Positions 57,694 through 64,000 of a stretch of 64,000 nucleotides of DNA are shown piece after piece; positions within the stretch are counted from its first letter, which is position 1, and each line of letters starts with the position of its first letter. Both the position numbers and the translations under genes were made by a program. This DNA is from an uncultured Fibrobacteraceae bacterium (GTDB taxonomy: Bacteria; Fibrobacterota; Chitinivibrionia; Chitinivibrionales; Chitinispirillaceae). Under the pieces are notes generated by a model. It did no database searches. It was not told the origin of the DNA and saw only the letters and a list, made by a program, of their open reading frames with translations. The stretch spans positions 15,068-79,067 of the forward strand of contig CAZYYB010000001.1 of assembly GCA_964651515.1 (NCBI GenBank). The letters are read 5' to 3'.

Positions 57694-58803
57694 ATGAAAC
57701 CACGGTCACTGCTCATCGCGCTCTGTCCATTCATGGCCTTCGGTGAAGAGAGTGCTTATTCCGTCCTGAACCTCCCCAAAGCCGGATCGACCGAGGCGGC
57801 CGTGTGCGCGCTGCTCCTGTGCCTCCTCCTGGCCTCGATCGTCATCTTCGAACTGGTCAAACTTCGCTATGAGTTCTCCCGTGAACGCCTCGTCGCCGGA
57901 TCGCGCTTTGTCCAGAATGCCGGCCGCTTCGCCCTCGACGCAGACGAGCGCACGCTCATACGCGCCATGGCGACGCACGTCGCCAACGGCGACCTGAACG
58001 AGATCTTCTATTCGCAGCCGCTCTACGAGGCGGGTGTCGACGGCGAGGCGAGGGCGCTTCTTGCCCTGGCTGCCGGAGACGAGGAGCTCGACACACGGGA
58101 GGGGCTCTTCGAATCCCTGCGGAAAAAACTGCACTACGGAGCGGTGGATCCGGGCATACCGATCACCTCGACGAGAAACATCTCGACGGGCCAGCCGGTC
58201 TGGATACTATCGCAGCGGAAAACGATCATCGGCGAGGGCGTCGTCACCCGCATGAAGGAGTTGTCGTTTTCTATCAAGCTCGCCTCGAACGGCATGATGC
58301 GCAGTTCGATGCTGGACTCGTCCGTCCGCCTGGCATTTACCCGCCGCGGCGACGGCATCTACGGGCTGGAAGCCCCGTTTGTCGCCTTCGATCCCATTAC
58401 GAGCGTCATCGTCTGCCGCCATACGCTTGCGCTCAAGCGGAACCAGATGCGTGCGGACGTCCGGGTCGACGCGGATTTCTCGATCAGCATCCGCTGCCTG
58501 ACCTCCGAAAAGAGCGAGCAGACCGACGGCAAGCCCTTCCGGGTGCGGACGGTCGATATTTCGGGCGGCGGCATATCCTTCATCGCCGATCGCGAGTTGT
58601 TTGTCAACGATACCGTCATGGTGAACGCCTCGTCGCCGCGCATGAGCCTCGAAGGGGTCCAGGCGAAGATCGTGGCCCTGTCGCAGCATTACGGCTCGCC
58701 GCGCGCCCTCTATCATGGACAGTTCATTGCCATCGACTTTCCTAAAAAAGAACGGATCGTGAAATACGTGTTCGAAAGACTACGGGAGATAAATCAAAAA
58801 TAG
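57694..58803 (+). CDS. Membrane-anchored PilZ-domain protein (YcgR-like position)
   Basis: C-terminal RADVRVDA...VRTVDISGGGISF matches RxxxR...D.S.GG. N-terminal signal-like segment plus TM (AAVCALLLCLLLASIVIF). Confidence 0.7.
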   Translation: MKPRSLLIALCPFMAFGEESAYSVLNLPKAGSTEAAVCALLLCLLLASIVIFELVKLRYEFSRERLVAGSRFVQNAGRFALDADERTLIRAMATHVANGDLNEIFYSQPLYEAGVDGEARALLALAAGDEELDTREGLFESLRKKLHYGAVDPGIPITSTRNISTGQPVWILSQRKTIIGEGVVTRMKELSFSIKLASNGMMRSSMLDSSVRLAFTRRGDGIYGLEAPFVAFDPITSVIVCRHTLALKRNQMRADVRVDADFSISIRCLTSEKSEQTDGKPFRVRTVDISGGGISFIADRELFVNDTVMVNASSPRMSLEGVQAKIVALSQHYGSPRALYHGQFIAIDFPKKERIVKYVFERLREINQK

Positions 58804-58947
58804 AGAGATAAAGATAAAGTGGTGGATACGGCAAACGCACAACGGTGACCGCTGCCCCGGCCGACCTGCGGAGCGCGGCGGAAAAAAAACTTTAACGGAC
58901 GATCCGGTTATGGTAAAATCCGGGAGAACCTTTATCCGGAGACTACC

Positions 58948-59856
58948 GTGAACGGAAACGAAGCCGCCGTGGGCGGCATTCCGAAGCCGCCCCCGAAGCT
59001 CCTCGTCGGCGACGAGGTGCTTTCGGCATGCAGGACCGATCTTGTCGATTATGTCGCTTCCGCCGCGCCGGGCCGGGCGACCGGAGGCGTGGACCGGAAG
59101 CTCCTTGCGGCGCAGCTCTATCTCCTTGTCGGCGCCCGGCGCCCCGCCGTCGCGGCCCTCGAAGCGATCTCCGGCGACCCCTCCGCCTATGCGGCCCTCT
59201 CCGGTTTTACGCTGCGCTCCGGCGACGAGCTCGAAATGATCTTTACCGTCAACGGTGACGCCTACCGGTATTTTTACGCCCTCTATAACCACACCTGGCG
59301 CAACGAACGACACGTTGAAATACCGATTGCCGAGCGCTTTCTCCGGGAGCATCCGGGCGAGACCCTCGAAATCGGCAATGTGATGGGCCACTACTTTTCC
59401 CACAACCATGCCGTGGTCGACAAGTACGAAAATGCGCAGGATACCGTGCACGCCGACATCCTCGATTATTTCGTACCCGAGCCCTTCGACACCATCCTCA
59501 GCATTTCGACTCTCGAGCATATCGGCAGGGACCACGTCCGCGACGAAGCCAAGACGGTACGTGTCTACCGGCACATTGTCGATAACCTCCTCGCCGGGGA
59601 CGGGGCATTCATGTTCACGGTGCCGATCGGGTTCAACGGGGTGCTTGACGGGTACATTGACAACCACACGATCCTTCCGGACGAGCATTTCTGCCTGAAG
59701 CGGACAAGCGAGGAGAACGACTGGGTGCAGGTGGAGTGGAACGAGGCGAAGAAGAGCCGGTATATGAGCCCCTTTCACTGCGCCAACGCGCTCTACATTG
59801 GGTTTGCATATGGGAAAAACCGGGCACAAAAAAGCGGGGGAGGATTTGCGGGATAA
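58948..59856 (+). CDS. Probable class I SAM-dependent methyltransferase-like protein
   Basis: GTG start. ETLEIGNVMG ... FDTILSISTLEHIG resemble MTase motifs I and post-II. Weak assignment. Confidence 0.4.
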   Translation: MNGNEAAVGGIPKPPPKLLVGDEVLSACRTDLVDYVASAAPGRATGGVDRKLLAAQLYLLVGARRPAVAALEAISGDPSAYAALSGFTLRSGDELEMIFTVNGDAYRYFYALYNHTWRNERHVEIPIAERFLREHPGETLEIGNVMGHYFSHNHAVVDKYENAQDTVHADILDYFVPEPFDTILSISTLEHIGRDHVRDEAKTVRVYRHIVDNLLAGDGAFMFTVPIGFNGVLDGYIDNHTILPDEHFCLKRTSEENDWVQVEWNEAKKSRYMSPFHCANALYIGFAYGKNRAQKSGGGFAG

Positions 59857-59925
59857 TGCTCTCCTCCACCCGCGAAACAGGACTGCGAGGCGGATACTGC
59901 TCCTATAATTTAATTAGTGCTCAAA

Positions 59926-61101
59926 TTATTGTTTTAAAAATCCTTCCTGCCGGGTGATCGATCCATCGGGCTGCCGGACGATATACACCCCGTTACCGGC
60001 CCTGCCGCAATTCACGGCCGCGGCTTCCGCCGTTGTGAGCCTTCGTCCCGAAAGGGAAAAGTACTCGGCAGGACCCTTGTTCGCAGCGGCGTGAATGGCA
60101 TTCTGCCGCACGGACCGGTTCTGTGGAATCACGCCGGTCGGCGGGGTAAGCCCGAACATCGTGTAGTGCCAGTTGGTAGTTCTCCAGAGAGCCGTCGGTT
60201 CCGTGGCGGCATTGTAGGCGACCTGGTACTGGACCGTCCGGTTCGAATCGGGCTTGAGCAGCATGCCGAGGTTGTAGCCGACTTTAGTATACCCCGCATA
60301 GTAACTCGGTTTAGCATAGATGGCAAGCGCCATCGTGTCGACGAAGTCCTCGCCGGGGCCGCACTGCTTGCCGATGTCGGCCAGCAGCGCCTCGGTGGAA
60401 TCTTCGACAACCGTCAGCATCGAATCACCCGTACCGCCCATGGAGGTGGGGCCGTGGTTGGTAAATCCCGCGACCACCTTGCCGTTGAACGAACCCTGGA
60501 TCGCTACCGTGCAGTAGGCCGGCCGCATGGCCCGTATTGCCGACCAGGTCCAGGTGACGTTCAGCTTGGTTCCGCCGGTCCCGACCGGCCATCCCCAGTA
60601 GGCGATGGAAAATTTCGGGGTTGCCTCCGAGGAGTCGAGGATCGTGATCACGAGGCTGTCCAGGTTGTGTCCGAGCTGCGGGTTAAGCCAGTTTCCGAGG
60701 CTGTCTACGAGACGGAAGGCGCCGAGCCCGAGGCACCCCGTTCCCGCCGGCCCGCCGTTATATTCGTCCCGTCCCCAGGCATACCCGGCATTGTGCTCGT
60801 TCACCGAGGTGTCGTCGAAATATTCGAGAATCGGGATGTATTCGAATTTAACGATGCAATCCGCCATGTTGCGGTTTGAGCTGTCGACGTAGGCACGGTA
60901 GTCGCAGTACTGGTTATCGATCGCGGGTCCGGCGAGGTAGCCGAAGTACGAGGTGGTCGCCGTAACCGGCACATTGATATGGGCGACGTGGGTCGTCACC
61001 TTCTGAAGATGGAGCACGGCACCGACCGTATCGAGCGCGGCGTAGGAACCGGTGCAGAAAATCGCCAGGGCGCTGGCGATGAGTCCGAAACGTTTGAACA
61101 T
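59926..61101 (-). CDS. Secreted DUF4861-like protein with C-terminal sorting-type domain
   Basis: Signal MFKRFGLIASALAIFCTGSYA. GP..DN...YRAY.D pattern. C-terminal GNGVYIVRQ tail. Confidence 0.45.
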   Translation of the reverse strand: MFKRFGLIASALAIFCTGSYAALDTVGAVLHLQKVTTHVAHINVPVTATTSYFGYLAGPAIDNQYCDYRAYVDSSNRNMADCIVKFEYIPILEYFDDTSVNEHNAGYAWGRDEYNGGPAGTGCLGLGAFRLVDSLGNWLNPQLGHNLDSLVITILDSSEATPKFSIAYWGWPVGTGGTKLNVTWTWSAIRAMRPAYCTVAIQGSFNGKVVAGFTNHGPTSMGGTGDSMLTVVEDSTEALLADIGKQCGPGEDFVDTMALAIYAKPSYYAGYTKVGYNLGMLLKPDSNRTVQYQVAYNAATEPTALWRTTNWHYTMFGLTPPTGVIPQNRSVRQNAIHAAANKGPAEYFSLSGRRLTTAEAAAVNCGRAGNGVYIVRQPDGSITRQEGFLKQ

Positions 61102-61236
61102 GTACTCCTCCATAATATTGGTGAATCCGGTGCCTGCGGTGGTAACGACGGTATAGGAAGATACTAATTATAGTAAAAAAGAGCAAGATAAATAATGGGG
61201 CCGCAGGGGCCGATCCAATGATTCCTTACTCGGAAA

Positions 61237-62664
61237 TCATCTCCCCCTCTTCACATACTCAATCTCTATTCTCCCGATAAACTTCGCCAGCTTTACCGAT
61301 TCGCTCCCCGAATCGTCGATGAGGAGCGGCACCCGGTCGCGGGAGGCGGGGAATACCCCGAGCGCAGGGTCGACAAACAGCCACGAACCGCCGCTCTCCG
61401 CCACTACCCAGGCGTGATAGTAATACCCTTTGCCCGGATTGTAGACGAGCCCGAGAACCACGCGGGCGGGAATCCCGACGGCGCGGAGCAGGGCGCCGAG
61501 CAGGACCGAGTGTTCGCTGCAGTCGCCGTAACCCGCTTCGAGGGTTTCGAGCGCATTCGAGAAGGTCGGCGAGAGCTTCTTGACGAGGGTACGGTACACC
61601 CAGTGGAAGCAGACATCGATGGAGTCGCAGCGGGTGTGAGCGTCTTTGACCAGCGAGTCGGCCAGGTGCCTGATTTTCGGGTTATCCGACTGCATGGTAA
61701 CGGTCGGAGAGATAAAGGCTTCGGGCGATGCCGGCTCCGGGGCCTGTGCGGGGCATTTGGCGGGAAGGTCGCCGAGCACCCATGACGATCCCTGCCGACC
61801 ATAGAAGCGCAGCACCGAGCTGTCCGGACTCAGGGTGGAATCGAGCACCAGGGCGATTCGTTCGCTGTCCCCGGCCGCCCGCGGGGCCTGGACCGAGAGC
61901 GTCTCGGCGATCTCCCAGAGCGATGCCACGATCGGGGCGGTTTCGTTTTTCCCGCGTTTTTTCATGACAAAAGGGAACTGCCCCGCGTAGATCGTTGCCC
62001 CGGCGGTATCGATTTTAAGGGTATCGATCCGGCCGACGGCGCTCTGCAGGTCGGAAAAAATCCACAGGAAGCCGTTGGCCGGGGAGGGAACCTCGATGCA
62101 TCGGGTGACCTCGGTCATGGGCGTTCCGGACGTCAGGTCGAAGGTGGTGTCGGAAAAGGAGTTTCCCGGACCGATCGATCGGTTTTTAATTCCCCGGTAC
62201 ATCTCAAAGATTCGGGTCAGGTTATCGACGACCCCCTGTACCGGTTCCACCCTTGTAACGCCGCCTGAGGTCACCGTGAGGTTCCAGGTTGCCCCGGTGT
62301 CCTTGGCAAGGTGCCATTGCGAGGCGCCTTCGGCGGCCCGGAGCTCCTGCGAGGCGCTTATGAGGCGGCCGTCGAACCCAAACACCCGGCGATCGACGGC
62401 AAAGAGGCGCTCGGCTTCCTTGGCACCGCCTGCATTGAGGTCGGTCTCCGCTTCGATTGTTTTGCCGGATTCGTGGATAGTATACGACTGTCGACAGAAT
62501 CCGACGCAGCGTCCCTTCAGGAAAAGGTCGAGCGTATCGCAGCGCAGGACGCTCCGCCACTCCGCCGCGGAAATGCCGGATCGTTCCTCTGCCCGGCCGG
62601 TCGGGCAGAGGAAGGCCAGGAACAGCGCAAGGGCCGCGGAACCTTTCAGGAATTTTTGAGGCAT
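61237..62664 (-). CDS. Secreted transglutaminase-like cysteine protease family protein
   Basis: GYGDCSEHSVLLGALLRAVGIPARVV...YYYHAWV (Cys-His core) plus signal peptide. Confidence 0.8.
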   Translation of the reverse strand: MPQKFLKGSAALALFLAFLCPTGRAEERSGISAAEWRSVLRCDTLDLFLKGRCVGFCRQSYTIHESGKTIEAETDLNAGGAKEAERLFAVDRRVFGFDGRLISASQELRAAEGASQWHLAKDTGATWNLTVTSGGVTRVEPVQGVVDNLTRIFEMYRGIKNRSIGPGNSFSDTTFDLTSGTPMTEVTRCIEVPSPANGFLWIFSDLQSAVGRIDTLKIDTAGATIYAGQFPFVMKKRGKNETAPIVASLWEIAETLSVQAPRAAGDSERIALVLDSTLSPDSSVLRFYGRQGSSWVLGDLPAKCPAQAPEPASPEAFISPTVTMQSDNPKIRHLADSLVKDAHTRCDSIDVCFHWVYRTLVKKLSPTFSNALETLEAGYGDCSEHSVLLGALLRAVGIPARVVLGLVYNPGKGYYYHAWVVAESGGSWLFVDPALGVFPASRDRVPLLIDDSGSESVKLAKFIGRIEIEYVKRGR

Positions 62665-63782
62665 CGTTCCATCTGTTCCCTGAGCATCGTTTGGTAGTTC
62701 CGGCCCATACCCCCGATTTTTGCAAGCAACCGTGCCGCGAACCGTTCCATGTCGTCGTAAAGCCGCGCCCTGGCATCGAGCCAGAGCTGCCGCAGCGAGG
62801 TTGCATTGAGGATTTCGCTTGTCGAGACCTCGAAATGAATCCCGGCAGTGCCGGTAATTCGCTTGAAAGCATCCTGGATCGTCTGAAGCATCTCATTGAA
62901 GATCGAAGAATCGTCCCGCTCCCGCAGTTGCCGAAGGTGTGCATCGAGAAGCCGGGCAAAAAAGAGACCGTTGAAAATATAGTGACGGTGTCCCCTCCCG
63001 ACCCGATCGTCGTAGTAATATTCGCCGATGACCCGCCCGGCCGTTGTTTTGACGACCGACCGCGGAAACGGCGGTTTCTCTTCGGTTACGATGACCCGCG
63101 ATACCGGCTCCTGCCCGGCATCGTCCCCGGCAAAGGGCGCTCCGGCGGTATCCTGTACGGATTCGGGAGCAAGCCCCCCGCCGGGGGGCGCCTCTCCGGG
63201 CGCGCCTCCTTCTCCAGCTGCCGCCGCCTGGGGCGGGGCGCTCTCCGGCGGCGGCAGGATGATCTCATAAAGGCCGTTGACTATCTCGCCTGTATTGGCC
63301 CCGAGTTCCTTGCCGAGCTGTATTTCGATGAGGCTCAGCTCCTGTTCCTTGACCGTAAGCTTTTCGAGCGTCGTGTTGAGCGAGGCGATCTCGCGTTTGC
63401 AATCGCCGATCTGCTGCTTGATCGAGGCGATCTCCTCGTCGCGTTTCCTTTTTTCTTCGAGCAGGCCGCGCGAATCGCGTCCGATTTTTTTGAGATGCTC
63501 CTCCTTGGCGCGCAGCACGTTGATCTTCTCCTGATAGAAGCGGATCATGAGGTCGACGGTGCCGTTATCCCCGTCGCCGAGGACTTTTTTAAGCTCCCAG
63601 AGGTGGGTGAGCGCCAGCTTTGCATTCTCCTTTTCGCCGTTCAGGAGCTTTTCGGCAATGTCGCCCATGGTCGCCGACGCCTTGACAGAGCGCGCATCGA
63701 GGATGATCGAATAGAAACGGTTCGGGTCGACCGAGGCGTTGACCAGGCCGGGGGGAATTACGGGGTTACTCGTACCGGTCAT
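62646..63782 (-). CDS. Hypothetical coiled-coil protein
   Basis: 378-aa ORF with a central coiled coil, a Pro/Gly/Ala linker and a conserved-looking C-terminal domain. Overlaps the downstream gene by 19 nt. No recognisable family. Confidence 0.5.
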   Translation of the reverse strand: MTGTSNPVIPPGLVNASVDPNRFYSIILDARSVKASATMGDIAEKLLNGEKENAKLALTHLWELKKVLGDGDNGTVDLMIRFYQEKINVLRAKEEHLKKIGRDSRGLLEEKRKRDEEIASIKQQIGDCKREIASLNTTLEKLTVKEQELSLIEIQLGKELGANTGEIVNGLYEIILPPPESAPPQAAAAGEGGAPGEAPPGGGLAPESVQDTAGAPFAGDDAGQEPVSRVIVTEEKPPFPRSVVKTTAGRVIGEYYYDDRVGRGHRHYIFNGLFFARLLDAHLRQLRERDDSSIFNEMLQTIQDAFKRITGTAGIHFEVSTSEILNATSLRQLWLDARARLYDDMERFAARLLAKIGGMGRNYQTMLREQMERCLKNS

Positions 63783-64000
63783 AAGGACCCTTCTCCAGAA
63801 ACGGTGTCGCGGACCTTCCCGGAACGCTCGTGTGCGTGCCGGGGTTCCTTCCAGATAAATAGTTTCCCGAGATGCAGCCGATCAAGCCTCCCCCTCAGGC
63901 GCAGGGCGCTTCAAGGGCTTCGTTTTCAACGCGGTGCCGCATGGCGGCAAGCCGGACGGCGTCAAGTTCATCGCTTTTCAGGGCATATTTCCCGGCCGCA

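Overview
This is a 64-kb high-GC (roughly 60-65%) bacterial chromosomal window. Coordinates ~2.5-19.3 kb look like a horizontally acquired island carrying a complete type I-E CRISPR-Cas system on the minus strand. Its order is cas3-cse1-cse2-cas6e-cas7-cas5-[stand-alone DUF1016_N ORF]-cas1-cas2-[stand-alone DnaQ-like exonuclease]-leader-array. The array has 77 full 29-bp repeats (plus-strand reading CGGTTCATCCCCGCGCATGCGGGGAACAT, transcribed from the minus strand), plus one solitary full repeat and one half repeat at the trailer end. The most unusual observation is that three spacer slots hold 221-, 398- and 758-bp blocks of phage/MGE-like coding DNA instead of 32-bp spacers, with junctions exactly at repeat boundaries. 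In the two blocks with intact flanking repeats, the trailer-proximal 32 nt are preceded inside the block by AAG and GAG, which are type I-E PAMs. This suggests spacer-anchored homologous capture of invader DNA. The interference module (cas3..cas5) is about 40-45% GC by hand counts, while cas1-cas2-dnaQ match the host GC, so the locus looks chimeric. The other ~45 kb is mostly housekeeping: GH57 branching enzyme, PEBP, LRR lipoprotein, gcvT, GT2, ribD, an EPS export block (Wza-like, ExeA-like ATPase, Wzz/BY-kinase fusion, FecR-like), rfbD-rfbB, glmS, scpAB, GH43, a small two-CW Cys-rich protein, Slt, a beta-propeller protein, inositol-phosphate synthase, an antitoxin with a decayed doc toxin, bcp, an EEP nuclease, galT, a full F1Fo ATP synthase operon, motAB plus a PilZ protein, and secreted or unknown proteins. 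Several families of short dispersed intergenic repeats and hairpins are present. No tRNA or rRNA was seen. The taxon cannot be assigned from sequence alone. A short ATP synthase epsilon and sorting-domain-like C-terminal tails hint at an FCB-group-like lineage, with low confidence.
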